DNA from: Oculina patagonica
Taxonomy: Eukaryota
DNA length: 64,000 nt
Assembly: GCF_052425735.1 (NCBI RefSeq)
Contig: NC_135761.1
Span: 48,174,001-48,238,000 of the forward strand
Direction of reading: 5' to 3'
Position 1 is the first letter of the stretch; each line of letters starts with the position of its first letter. Shown here piece after piece: positions 24,441 through 36,667 of this stretch. The notes under the pieces are model-generated. The model made no database searches, was not told the origin of the DNA, and was given only the letters and a program-made list of their open reading frames with translations. The position numbers were made by a program, and so were the translations under genes.

Positions 24441-26817
24441 AACCGTTCGTGGAACAGTGTCAGAAACAGCTACAGTCTCATTACAACACGTTCAGTAAGA
24501 TCAAAATCGTCCCGTGGGACCAAAGCTCGTCTGTTCACATAGATGAGATATACACACAGTTATCATGGGTAAGGGATGAGAGGAAGCCCAGTGGAGTTAC
24601 ACAAGAGGACCTTGAAGACTACACCGACATATTCAAGGGTGATAAGCATCATCCCAACCCTAGGCGTATTTTAATCTTTGGCCGGCCAGGCATTGGAAAA
24701 AGTACTTTTTCCAAAAAAACTGCTTTTGACTGGTCGCAACAGGAAAAAAGAATCCTTATGAAGTTTGATCTTGTGCTCCTGATTAAACTACGAGATGTCT
24801 GTAATTTGAAGAATATCCGTGATGTTTTAAAGGCTTCTAAACTGCTGTTTGGCGACGGCGTGATTTCAGTTGATGATGTCTTTAATTACATCCGTGATAA
24901 TCAAGAAAAGGTGTTACTCATTTTGGATGGGTATGATGAATACAGCTGTGCTGGAGAACAATCACCAGTCCGTGACATCTGGGAGGGCACATTACTGAGA
25001 GACTGTCACGTCATCATGACAACACGGCATTTGAAAGTTGACGAATTAAGATGCCCCAGCCATGTTCAGTTTGAAATTAATGGCTTCAAAAGCGAAGATC
25101 AAGTCAAAGTGTTTGCAAGAAAGTTTCTCAGAGATAAAGATGATGTTGACGAGTTTGTTAACGATTTGAGAGAAAAAGATCTCAAAGTCATGGCGGAAAT
25201 ACCTCTTCTCCTGCTGATGCTGTGTTTACTCTGGAAGGGAAAACATCATAGAGGGCTGCCAAAATCACGGGCCGGCATTTACACAGGTTTTATTCAAACT
25301 TTGTTGGACCACCTGATCGAAAAATATGCAGATGCAAAGCAATTTAGAAAAGTAGATGACTACAAAGAAGAGCTCTGTAAATTAGGCAAGCTTGCCTTTG
25401 ATGCCCTTTTGCAAGACTGTCTTTCTTTTCACATCAGTGAACTGCCCGACGTCATTTTAAGTACGAAATTAATTGAAGTCGGGTTGTTTCATGTTCTGAA
25501 TGTTGCAAGTTTGACTCCCGAGAAAGCTGTTGTTTTCATTCACAAATCTTTACAGGAGTTCCTTGCCGCCTTTTATCTCAAGGAGGAGTTGTTAAATGAA
25601 CAAAGTACAAGCTGTCTCTCCAAAGTCGACTCATTTGAAAAGATCCTCAAAATGGTTGAAGTTCTCAAATTTGCTTGTGAGCTGTCCGCAAAAGCTGCAT
25701 GCGCTGTTCTGCATCATCTGGGGACGGTAAGAAAGAATGAAGGTCTGACAGAGTACAACTTCACTGAGACACCTTGTATTGACGATTTGTCAGAACAACA
25801 AAGACAGTTCTTAACTCTTATTTCACACAGCGTTTTTTGCTGTGCAGCCGAGAAGAGACGAGATCTCTACTCCATGTTTCTGTCTTACGTTGGAGGTGTT
25901 TTATTAATTGATTCAGACCAGCTGCATAGTGTTGCCAACGAACACTTGCTGAAATCGGCCAAGGTGCCAGAGTTTATTTTCTTCTCTAATTCCTTTTATA
26001 ATGACAAGCATCCAGAACAAAGTTATCATGGCTTGATCACTTTAGTGGAAAATGTAAATGCAGTTGTTGTCAGCTGTTCGGGCGAATTAGAAAAAGCCTC
26101 GGATTTTCTAAAAAGGTATCCATACCGCCAGTAAGTGACTTTTTCCTGAAGAAGGAAGGGACGAAAATGAACATTTATATGACTATGATCAGGAAAACCA
26201 ACAACTCCACTTTCCTCACTGAAATGCTAAAGGAGCTCATTTCATCACCAGAGTCTACTCAGAAGAAGCCAGTTGGTGACCAGTCAAATGAACAAGACAA
26301 CAGAACTGCTTTGTGTCTGACTGACAACAATGATAGCACCACTGATACACCTCCACATTGCTTGTCCCGTGTCAGGAATATTTATATTGATGATATAGAA
26401 AGCCAAGAGAAGGAGACGCTCGTTGAGGTTTTACGTTTTGTGACTTCTCCACAAGCGATACATATTTTTGGTAAAGCAGGTGCTCCTGAGATGTCAGAGA
26501 CCCCCACAGAGACCCTGGTCTCGCGTATTAACTTTACAAACAGAGTTGAGTCCTTAGCACTTCAATATATCAATTTGACAGCCCAGGCTGCTGCTGTCAT
26601 TGCCAGATCTCTGTACCAGGCTCCTAACTTGCGTTGGCTCAACTTGTCATTTAACCCTCTTGGTGAAGGAGTAAGTGATCTCACACGACATCTCAGCTGT
26701 GTTCCTCACCTGGAGTACCTGTGGCTTGTTGATGTTAAGATGACAAAGAAACAAGTGAATGATTTGACTGAAGCTGTACGTCAGAGCAACATCTCCACCT
26801 TGGTGTCATTATACCAC
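24441..26817 (+). pseudogene. NLR-A NACHT-HD1-WHD-HD2-LRR exon, frameshifted at ~26128
   Basis: Walker A GRPGIGKS, Walker B LLILDGYDE, sensor-1 IMTTR, WHD FIHKSLQEFLAA. ORFs 24365-26134 and 26167-26871 together match the single ORF 50431-52878. Confidence 0.85.
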
Positions 26818-29147
26818 GTTAGTTTTGAGATTTTTGTTGTTATTTGTTTCGACTGGTTGCCCTTATTCTGAATACGACTGAGTTCTAAACTTCCTGATTT
26901 ATTTTCATTCCGTTGTTTTGACGAACAAACGCGAGATTTCGTTTGACAATAAGCCCGCTCAAATTATTTTAATTTGTTAGTGAAAATTCAAACTCACAAA
27001 ACCTTCATTTGACATGTAATAGCGGGATACAATATCTATTTAAGTTTCACTGCTTACATTGTTGTAGCTCTGCTGTAAACTTATTTGTTTTGTGCAGTGC
27101 TTTGCAGCTCTGCTTGTCTGAGACTCATTTTCACGTTTCGGCGTTTTTAAATCTCAATTGCATTCAATGTCGTTAGAGATAAACGTCTTGCATTTTTTCA
27201 TCCAGAAACAACATTTCGTGAGAGAGTTTATATTTCAACTCTCAAGTGAATTATATTTACTTTCTGGCAGTTGCTTTTTGTACGGTGAAAATACAGTGTC
27301 TTAAACGAAATACTGACTCGTGGGATACAGTTACGTTTGTTGCTTTTTGTGCCTGTCTTTTCCTGGATTCATAGTGACTACGATTGATTAATGATAATTA
27401 GACAATATATGGTCAATGTTTGCGAAAAGCAGCTCACAGGCGCGAAACAGCAGTAAAGTGAAATACCATTTCAAAGCAAATCACATGGTGGAAATGTTTG
27501 GCTTTTCGGATGCAAATAAATTCATGGGAAAGGACTATTCAGGGAAAAGGTACGAGTTCTGACGTTCTTAAAAGACAAACAAGAGTGTGTGCTTTATACT
27601 TTGTAAAAATCAGTCATTTTGTAAAGTTTTCAATTAAATCAATTTTGAATAAGGAAACGAAGGAACCCATTTAAAAGAAACTTGTTTACGTCAGAAAAAC
27701 CTTGTTTTGATAAGCTATGAAAATTTTATTTATGCTCGTTATTCCAAATAACACTCAAATCCATGTGAACGATATTAAAATATTTGCTGTTCAAAATGCG
27801 TTACAAGATAAAATCTGATGCTGAATTAAATCATTTATTACTGCAGTATACTGAGCTTAGAAAGTGTGACAATTCTTTTTTTAAATTGTGTCCTTTGTGA
27901 TTTCCAGGTAGGCAGCTGTAGTTGAACTGCCAATTCTTTAATGTTTGTGAAATAGAAATTTGAAGAAATTTATCACCCTCATTTTAGTGACTGTTTAAGC
28001 TTCACTGAAAGTCCCTTATCTTATAATCAGCGAAAGATCTATTGTTCTATTAGACCAAGAAAAATATGTTTCTCGACTCGCCCGCTTCATTTTTGGGTGG
28101 CCGCTTCTCTTTTTTTAATGTTTGTTATTTGGAAAGTTGGAACGAGCAAAAAACAATAGGCGTTACTCCGCAATTAAGTACAAAGAAAATTTTGTTTGTC
28201 TTTTATTTGGCCTAACATAAAAGAATATATTTGTGGAAAACCGAAAGCTTCCCCGAAAAAAATCCCGCAAATCTAAGATTTAAAGATATTGCTTGCATAC
28301 TATTTTTACTGAAGAGAGATTTTGAACGAAAACACCATTCACTTCTAAAATAAAAAAAATCAAAGCCTGACCAGAAATTTCCTTGTTTTGCGTTTTCCAA
28401 AGCCTGAGGGTTTATAAATTTATTTTTTTAAGGGACTTTCCCATAGCGCTACTGTAGTCTACGCCCAGTGATCGCTTTTAAAAAGTCAAGTAGCTAACGA
28501 AATAATAGTAAATAAACTTGTAAACGCCTGTCACAGATTTCTTTTAAGATTTGTCAATATTTTACCATAAAATATAGAACAGCATGTGTATATTTTGGTA
28601 GAAATTTTATTCGTTTACCAGGCTTTGCTAAAGTTTTATGGGTGTCCCACGTTCCCCTCCCCCCCACCCCTCCCAATGTAGGGAACTTTAGATTTGGCGT
28701 CTTTAGAGATGGCGTGAAGGAGACTGACTCCCTTTAACACTGAGGCTACTGGCTAAGATAGTTTGCTTTTGAGTACCGTTTTCTACACCAAAGAACAAAA
28801 ATTCCTTTTTATTAATGTCGCATGGGACATGGAAATTTAGCATATACCTCAATAATTATGAACAACATTTGAAATCTTAGTAATTTTTATAGGCATTGTT
28901 TGTAAGCGATCTATGTTTTATGCCAAACCGTTTTAATGAAAAAGCATTTTTATTGCGTGCTTTTACATAATATAAATAACTGTTGGGAACGATTACAGTT
29001 TTTGTCCTCAAGTAATGACCAATTTATGGATAAAGAGGATTGTGTTTAGCGTTGTTTTGTGATTTTTGACAGGATGAGGAAGGGAACCCCAAACCTGAAC
29101 ATAAATGGCCAACAGAGGACTACTGGAGGGACTGGTGGTGGCTGGAT

Positions 29148-29255
29148 CCTGAGTCATCAACTGAATCAGAAGACGAGCAGGAGCCTGGGACATCAACTGA
29201 ATCAGAAGACGAGCTGGAGCCTGGGTCATTAACTGAATCAGAAGACGAGCTGGGG
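29148..29255 (+). repeat. Coding 36-bp tandem repeat x3 in the last exon of NLR-A
   Basis: Unit CCTGGGTCATCAACTGAATCAGAAGACGAGCTGGAG (PGSSTESEDELE-like). Confidence 0.9.
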
Positions 29256-30888
29256 CCTGGGTCATTGATTTGAGTCAGATTCTGTCAGCGACTGCAGAGA
29301 CCAACAAGAGACTGGATCAGAGACTGAACAAGAGGACGAGCGGCAGACTGGGAACAGAGAATTAGTCACGTGATCAACAAAAAAGAACAAATCAATACAA
29401 TTGATTTAGAATGAATTGTCAGAAGTCCACACACCTAGACCGAAAGGTATTATGTGTATAGTTATACCTGCCATGTCTTAAACACACAGTGGTCAAATGT
29501 TTGGTGCGTGTACATTTTTCCGTTAAAACTGACGCTGGGAAATGCAAACATCTGTCTCATTTTTTTATGTCCTTTACTTTGAAACGAAAAGTGTCAACAT
29601 TTGCTGAAAAAAATTAACAACCGTTTTACAGCAGTTTTTTGTGGCCTTATACTTCAGGTCGCTATAACGTTTTGGGTATTACTCTCTAAAATCTTACGAA
29701 ATTCAAGGCAATTAAAAACCAGTAGTGGCGTTAAGTATTTCATGTTTGACCGCTGTGTGTTTAAAACATTTAGGACTGTGACCGAGTAGTGGAATCAAAC
29801 ACGGGAACACTTTACGACGAGTCAAAACAAAAGAACAGGGGGATCTCACATGAAGTAAAAGAAAACAACGTTAATTTTGCGGTGTGACGGCCATTTCGAA
29901 CTAGTGTCAAGTCTAGAACCAACAAACCCTCGGAAACTGCTCGGGGTTTTAGGAAAATTCCTTAATCTTGGCGAACGATGAGGTGTTCCAAAAAAGGTGG
30001 TAATTCGTGTCCCCGTAAATTTTGTGTTCCAGATCTCTGAGTTACTAACCAACAGTGTATTTAAAAATCGAAATGGCGGCCACACAAAAAAGATGGTCAT
30101 CGCAGATAATTAAGACTAACTTTACTGTGAGAGTACCCTGTATCTAAGAATTTTCAAAATCACTGTAGTTCTTTCTCCCAATAGCTTTGATTTAAGATGG
30201 CTCCGCTGTTATACCGGGTGCACTAGTCTATGACATGGCCCGGTCCTACTTTCTCGGCGTTGACGCAATGGCTTTAAAACTATCACCTATCATTCGGAAA
30301 TAATTTGATAGAATTCGATTGTTGGTCGTAGACAAGTGCGTCCAGAATAGCAGTGGAGCCATCTTAGATATCTTAGGATATTTTTGTGTGTGCGCGTGTT
30401 CACTGCCCGTAAGATCCAGTGTCTTCTAACCTTGTTCATTTGCTGGTTTTAAACCAACTTTTCTTTTGCGTTATGTCGCCAAGTACAGGGTCAGACAAGG
30501 TTAAAGTCTGTACTAAAAAGCAAAGGAAATGATGTATATAGAGAATGTTTAATTTAGCACTGTAATAAAAATTTCGACACAGTAATAAAAATTTCGAATC
30601 AGCAAATTTTGAATGAAACGTAGCTATAGCAGGCATGCCCTTTGACGTTTCAAAGGTATCATCACTTTATTATGAAGTCAAATGTTTATAAACATGAAGA
30701 AAGGTTTATAAGTACCTGTGGGATGATCCGAGGGAAAATGAATACAGAAAAATATTGAAAAGTTGCTTCCACGAAAAACAGTGATGCCACTTGATGTTGG
30801 AACTGAATAATATAATGGCAACATCAAAATGTTTTGAACGAATAGAGTCCATCTTGACACCTTTCGTTTCAGTACCCTTATTCCATAA

Positions 30889-31523
30889 GACTAGTTTTCA
30901 CTAACGATGCAAGCACAAGCATAACAGCTCTTATTTCACTGTGAAAACGGCTTCGATGCAAGCATAAGCTCAAGCGCAAGCACAAACACAAGGATCAAAA
31001 TTTTTCCTCTTTTCTTGTGCTTGCATTTGTATGAAAACGAAACACCGCAGAAGCACAAGAAAAGTGTTTTAATGGCCGTGTCTAGCCAGTTAAAGCACTC
31101 GTTCCAGATTCCCTAAGATTTCCCTGCGTCTGAGCATTGGAAAAAAGTGGTGGAGGCCGCGATTGATTTTGATGAAAGTTTTCGGAGGCTCAGAAAGGTG
31201 TAGACAAAAAAACACAAGCGTGGACTTTAGTAGCGAAAGAAATGGGAATGACTTCTTTGGTAAAAAAATATCTATAACCCCGAATGTTTCGTTTTCCTCC
31301 TCTTTTGTAGTCGCTTTCGCTTTTTTCGTCACAAGGGTAGAAGAGACAACAACAATCGATTCCTGAGAGTTTATGCCGCCATATTTCCCGAGAGAACGGA
31401 GTCGAGAACGGAGCCTTCTATTTAACTAGTAAACATCATGTTCTTATGCTTGTGCTTATGTCGACGTTCGTTTTCACTTGGTACAGACTACTTGTGCTTG
31501 TGTCGCTTGTGAAAACCAGGCTA
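30889..31523. mobile_element. Harbinger-like MITE (GTTTTCACTA...GCAAGCACAAGC ends); paralogous copy at 57053-59842
   Basis: TIR TAGTTTTCACTAACGATGCAAGCACAAG / CTTGTGCTTGTGTCGCTTGTGAAAACCAG. Present in both units, so it predates the duplication. Confidence 0.65.
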
Positions 31524-33055
31524 TAGAGTCTCTCGATTTCCTTTCAAACGTTTTTGTTTTATTTACTAATGTTAGTTTATGCTTGTTTGACCATTTCTAA
31601 ATATGTTTAAAAACTTGTGTATTTTGTGTAGCTCTAAGTTGAGCAAAACGTAAATGAGAAAAGATGGCTGTCAGACAAGATTAGCTTACATAGATTATAT
31701 TAGTTTTATAGATATTTGCAGATAGATCATAAACAGATAATTTTATTGTAAATAATTGTTTTTTCCACAAACACAATAAAGTCTTTAAAAAAAAACTTAT
31801 GGAGAGTTCATCTTGTGTTTGTAGTCCACATTGCAGGGGCTGGGGACGAGCGATCTCTATTAGCAAAATCCTTGAGGAAGTATCACCTTTAATTGTGCCA
31901 ATGCACAAGGGGACGTGACATGGGGAAATGTCCCACGAAGTTCAACAACTTGAACTCCGTGCAAAATGTCACAGCGACAAGAAAGATATTCTCAGCCTCA
32001 AGAATTGCTGGAAGTTGTTTGCTTCTAAAGAAGTTAAAATATATTTCACTAAAAACGTACTGCACCGAATATTCATGTTTTTTGCGTTCGCTTTTAGCTG
32101 TCTGGTTTCCTATCCCGAAACGCCAAAATACTGTATCAGACCGCCTAATTTTCAAAATTTTTATGGGTAGAATACCCCCCCTACAAGTTCGCTCCTGTAG
32201 CGCGAAAAAGTACCACCTCCCCCAGGAAAAACTATATTGGGGGAGGGGAAGCAGCAAATTTTCCACTCTTGGAGTATTCGCTACATTTTGTACGAGATAA
32301 GAGCATCACTAACCCGGCTCCGATAAACTGTTCACAACTGCCCTATGTGCCACACAGGCATGATGGACAGTAAGTAATCCGTTCACAGCCTCCCCATTTT
32401 TTCAGTCCAAGAGAAGCGAACGCCATTGCGGGAAAGTGGGGGAGGGTTATCGAATGAAGCGAACCAAAGAAAGATAATTCACTTTTCTTCAAAGACAACT
32501 ACACCCGTCTTTATTTCTCTCGTTCCTTACTGAGTACTGACTGGGTACTAGGGTAGCCTGCAAACAGGGTCCCATGCTCTTTCTCCCCATGCCATAATCA
32601 GCTTGATCTGCTTGCCAAATTTAAGTTCTTTACGTTTTTGCCCTATAAACATTTAGGGATCCTGTTGCCAGGGTGATACTGGGGAAAGGTGATAATAAAA
32701 GAATAACGAGCCCTTGAGCCCTGTATTCTCAGTATCTTTTTCTCCTCTCCAGTTCTCTCTCTTCCCTACACTGCCTCTGTGATGTGAAGGAGCTAGGAAC
32801 ATAGCACATTTTGTTGTATGAAAGAAATGAAATGATCCTCACAATGTACAACCAATTTAATTAGAAAAATATTGCTTTTTTAGTATTAAAATTTTTCAAG
32901 ACTGATAGCAGGATTAGAACCCATGCAGGGCTGGAGTCTTGTGAGACTACGTTTTGGGTTTTTTACTAGCTATTTTAGTCTCCCATGCAGTCGTTTTCAG
33001 GGGCAGGGGGCGATCGTATTTCACTCCTCCCCACAGGAGGCGTGAAACACAATCG

Positions 33056-33165
33056 AGGCTCAGTTAGTAGAGCAATGCAACAATATCGCAGACATCATGG
33101 ATTTGAATCTGGTTGTACAGCCTTAAAATATTTTCAGGGCTAAAAAATCAGTTGCTTAAATTTTA
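33056..33165 (+). mobile_element. Degenerate tRNA-derived SINE (paralog at ~63151-63260)
   Basis: A-box-like GGCTCAGTTAGTAGAGC and B-box-like GGATT(T/C)GAA, followed by non-tRNA body. No cloverleaf. Confidence 0.55.
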
Positions 33166-33691
33166 ATGTAATGCATGTTGCATTCTTTGAATATAATGTA
33201 CTTGCATTCTTTGAATATAATGTACTTGGATGTAAATATAAGATTTTCCATCATTTTCCATCATCGATTATAATAAAAAAAAATAATAACAAAAAATGTG
33301 TCCCTGATGGAATCGTACTCAATTCCCGTCAGGGACTCAGATTTTTTTGTCACATGCTTGTGTCATTGTTAAACAATTCAACTTCGTTATTTATCACTAA
33401 GCTTAAAATTCAACCACCAAGTGAGTCTATCTGAAAATTACAGCAGGATATTGTTTTTAAAAATCTCCATCTTTATTATTATGAATCTTATTAATCACCA
33501 AGTTGTCACATTTCTCTGTATAAATAGTTGGACATTCATGTTGGTCTTAGTTGCATAACTATTCGATTTTCTCTCCTTAGTCAACAAGTTGCCATCTCAA
33601 ATAACATGGGACCACTGATAAACAACAAAATTTTAGCATGCCTCTCGGCAGAGTTAAAATAATAATTTTGTGCTCTCTTAATAAAAATAAA

Positions 33692-34726
33692 TTAATTAAA
33701 AATAGATAAATAAGGTTCAAACGTGTCAAGATTTCTCGTGGATGAGCACCTTGTTATAGCTTGCCATATTTTACACAAGGAGCACTCAAATGGTCTTTCC
33801 TCACTGTGTACAATTTGGTGTTTCTTCAGTTCAAATTTTGACTTGAAGGATTTTTCACACAAGCTGCAGCTAAATGGCCTTTCATCGCTGTGCACCCTCT
33901 GGTGAGCTTGGAGTTGATGTGAATTCTGACAAATGTTTTTACATACGCTGCACTGAAATGGCTTCTCGTCACTGTGTATAACAAGGTGCTTCTGTTTGCC
34001 ATAGAGTGCTTTGAATCCTACATCGCAGTGGTTGCATTTGTAGGGTCTTTCGTCACTGTGGCATTGGTAATGTTTCGACAGATTAGATGATTTAAACCCC
34101 TTTCCACATAACGAGCATATGTGTGGTTTTTCGCCCGTGTGCACCCGTTTATGTATGTTCAGAGTAGAGAAAGCCTTGTAACATTTTCCGCAATCAGGAC
34201 ATTTAAAAGGCTTTTCGTCACTGTGTACAGTTTCATGCCGCTTTAGTTTATTCCTTGCTTTGAATGACATGCCGCACAAATCACATTTAAATGGCCTTTC
34301 ATCTCTATGGGTTTTTCTGATGTGTTGTCCCAAATTCACAGAAGTTTTGAAAAACTGTTCACAGAGGTTACACTGGAAAGGCCTTTCATCAGTGTGAGCT
34401 CTTTGATGCAGCTTAGCTTCTGCCGCAGTTTTGAAGCGCTTCTCACATTTGTCGCAGCTGAAAGGTCGCTCGTCACTATGAACTCTGTTGTGATTCCTAA
34501 GCATAGCTGCCGTTCTAAAACCCTTTCCACACAATGTACATTTAAATGGTGTTTCTTTGCTGTGTGTTAGAATATGTTGTTTTAAATTCTTTGCTGTCAT
34601 AAAAGCACTTTCACACTGGGTGCACTTAAAAGGTCGTTCTTCACTGTGGATCATTTGGTGATTTGCAAGTGTTTCTTGGGATTTAAAGTATTCACCGCAC
34701 AGGTCGCACTGTAAAGGCCTCACCAT
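33692..34726 (-). CDS. Multi-C2H2 zinc-finger protein: 11 complete fingers plus a truncated 12th
   Basis: Repeated CxxC-x11/12-HxxxH units with SDERP/SDEKP/TGEKP linkers. Acceptor ...cctttccaag| at 34749. First in-frame ATG at 34726; an upstream coding exon cannot be excluded. Confidence 0.9.
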   Translation of the reverse strand: MVRPLQCDLCGEYFKSQETLANHQMIHSEERPFKCTQCESAFMTAKNLKQHILTHSKETPFKCTLCGKGFRTAAMLRNHNRVHSDERPFSCDKCEKRFKTAAEAKLHQRAHTDERPFQCNLCEQFFKTSVNLGQHIRKTHRDERPFKCDLCGMSFKARNKLKRHETVHSDEKPFKCPDCGKCYKAFSTLNIHKRVHTGEKPHICSLCGKGFKSSNLSKHYQCHSDERPYKCNHCDVGFKALYGKQKHLVIHSDEKPFQCSVCKNICQNSHQLQAHQRVHSDERPFSCSLCEKSFKSKFELKKHQIVHSEERPFECSLCKIWQAITRCSSTRNLDTFEPYLSIFN

Positions 34727-36045
34727 ATTGACCTTTAATTGGGACAAACTTGGAAAGGAGCAAAATTAAGAAGTCACTTGTTTGAGAAATCTACGGTTTG
34801 GATAATCATGTGACTTGTTGTAAACTGTTTGGCACCTTGTTTTGTCAGAGGAAATTTGTGAGTGCATTTTAGGTGAAAATTATCAAAAGTAGGCGTTTCA
34901 TTGTTTTATACTGTCAAAGGAAATTTATTAATGTCAAAAGAGATTGTTGCTTGAAAAGTATGAACTAACTTCACCGAAAACTGTACAAACATAAAATTTT
35001 TAATCAAACCGGAACAGCAGTGCTTCAAAGTAAACTACCTTTTTTACTAAATAAGGTTAGATACTCGCGCGTGTACTTAACGTCTTGATTCAAAGAAAAG
35101 TTTTATTAAATTTCTGTTTTGATCCTTGCCAAGAATCAGGTGTCTATAGATAGATTTTTTTTATCTTTAATAGTATTGAGTTTAGTTAGCTGACGGCTTC
35201 AACTAAGCCGACTCTATTCAGTCTTGTTGTACTTCATAAATAGTTTCCAGCTGAATTTTTGCAGGCCGCGTTCAAGCCTTAAGCTGTCTTTATGTTTTTA
35301 CTCTCCAGCTTAACTCATTCGCTCTACCTTCAGGTTGTATTCAGCCTCCTTTCTATTGAACCATGCATGGTGCAATCTTCTAAATTGTTAAGTATATATA
35401 GAGCATTCTTGTTTTTGTAAATCGATTATTTAAACGCCGAAGAACACGAATAAACGTGTGAAGACCAAGTTCTTGTGTCCTGATTCCAGTTGTAGCAGAT
35501 CCGACGGTACTTTGGAACCCGTGACAAGCTCCTCTACCGCAGGAAGCAAATTGCTCCGACCTAATTTTCCTCCAGTCAAGTTCAACGCGTCTAGTTTCTT
35601 AGCTGCAAGGCCTCTCATCGCCGGTTTTCCCATTGAATTAGTTCAGTACGACAAACCCGTTGTCACGGTTTGATCAGGCTATTACAAAAAAAAACAAATC
35701 ACCATGACACAAATTATGAAAAATAATTGCATATCATTAGAAAAAGAAGGCTTCAGAAAACCACTTTCAACTGAAAAAAAATCAAGCTCGATTACCAAAA
35801 AAAATCCATAAGTTTGTATTATTTTAAGATTCTTCAGTCAGATATCGATTACGAAATTTCTAAGAAATCGATTGAAGTTTTCATTCAAAAACGCGACTTA
35901 ACAGCCCGATAAATACCCACGGGTACCTAATAACCTAATGGAGTTGATTCTCTACTTTCCAGCTTATTAGAACCCATACTCCCCGGTATAACGAAAACAA
36001 ACAGCTGACAGAAGTCACGGAATTTGCTAGACATAGCCAGGAGCC

Positions 36046-36166
36046 TAGTCTCCCTCGCAGCCGTTTTTAGTGTCGTCACGCAACAAAAATTCCTCCCCAC
36101 AAACGGCCTTTGTGGGGAGGAATTTTTGTTGCGTGACGACACTAAAAACGGCTGCGAGGGAGACTA
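36046..36166. mobile_element. 121-bp perfect fold-back MITE with 9-bp TSD
   Basis: 58-bp perfect arms (TAGTCTCCCTCGCAGCC...CCCCACAAA) around a 5-nt loop CGGCC, flanked by CCAGGAGCC on both sides. Confidence 0.9.
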
Positions 36167-36329
36167 CCAGGAGCCCAGCCAGGACGAAAAGTGACGTATT
36201 TTTCTGCATGAGATGTCTGTATGCAGGCTAGCTATACAAAGCTCACTTGCTGTTAAGTTAGCAATGAGGTAAATGTAAATTCCTTCCTTTGCTCTCTTTA
36301 TTGCTTCAACAAAAAAACCTAGAAAGAAA

Positions 36330-36667
36330 AGTTCGCGTGATTAGCGTGACTCAAAATGCAAATGAGTTGTTAGTCACGCAACGTCTGCTTCTCTGACAAC
36401 GCGTGGATGACTGGGTACGAGTCTGGTGGACGGGCGGATTTCTTTGATTGCTGGTTGATTGAGGGTTGATTGCATCTGCGAATGCTCCACTAGGAAAGCT
36501 TCTCGTTTGTTTACTGTCCTTTTGGGTGATAAACAAACTAACTAAAAGCTCAAAAGATTAATCAGTGAGTTATCAAATATGTAACTTCCGTCTTCACGTG
36601 TGTTTGGTGAAAAGTTTAGCTGTTCTGAGTTGAACTTCCTGCTTCAGTGTCTGAATTCAAGGAGAAG
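36330..36667. promoter_or_regulatory. Putative shared/bidirectional promoter and first non-coding exon of NLR-B
   Basis: Lies between the divergent ZF and NLR-B genes and is relatively CpG-rich. ETS-like ACTTCCG at 36584, E-box CACGTG at 36595, strong donor AAG|GTAAGC at 36668. Confidence 0.4.

Larger units (their letters stand above)
16621..29273 (+). pseudogene. NLR-A: PNP-ZZ-ZZ-NACHT-LRR receptor, disrupted. Coding exons: 16621-17269, 18206-18394, 18664-18759, 19460-19543, 21191-21336, 21512-21671, 22230-22284, 22929-23024, 23510-23559, 24441-26817, 29073-29273
   Basis: All 11 exons have GT-AG borders, consistent phases and one-to-one paralogs in NLR-B. TAA at 18388-18390 corresponds to TAT in B. 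A 1-nt deletion after 26127 gives a stop at 26132-26134. Confidence 0.8.

Noticed and set aside
31889-32300. Overlapping 125-135-aa ORFs
   Set aside because: The paralogous region (~62200-62520) has indels that break the frames; the region looks like a decayed repeat.
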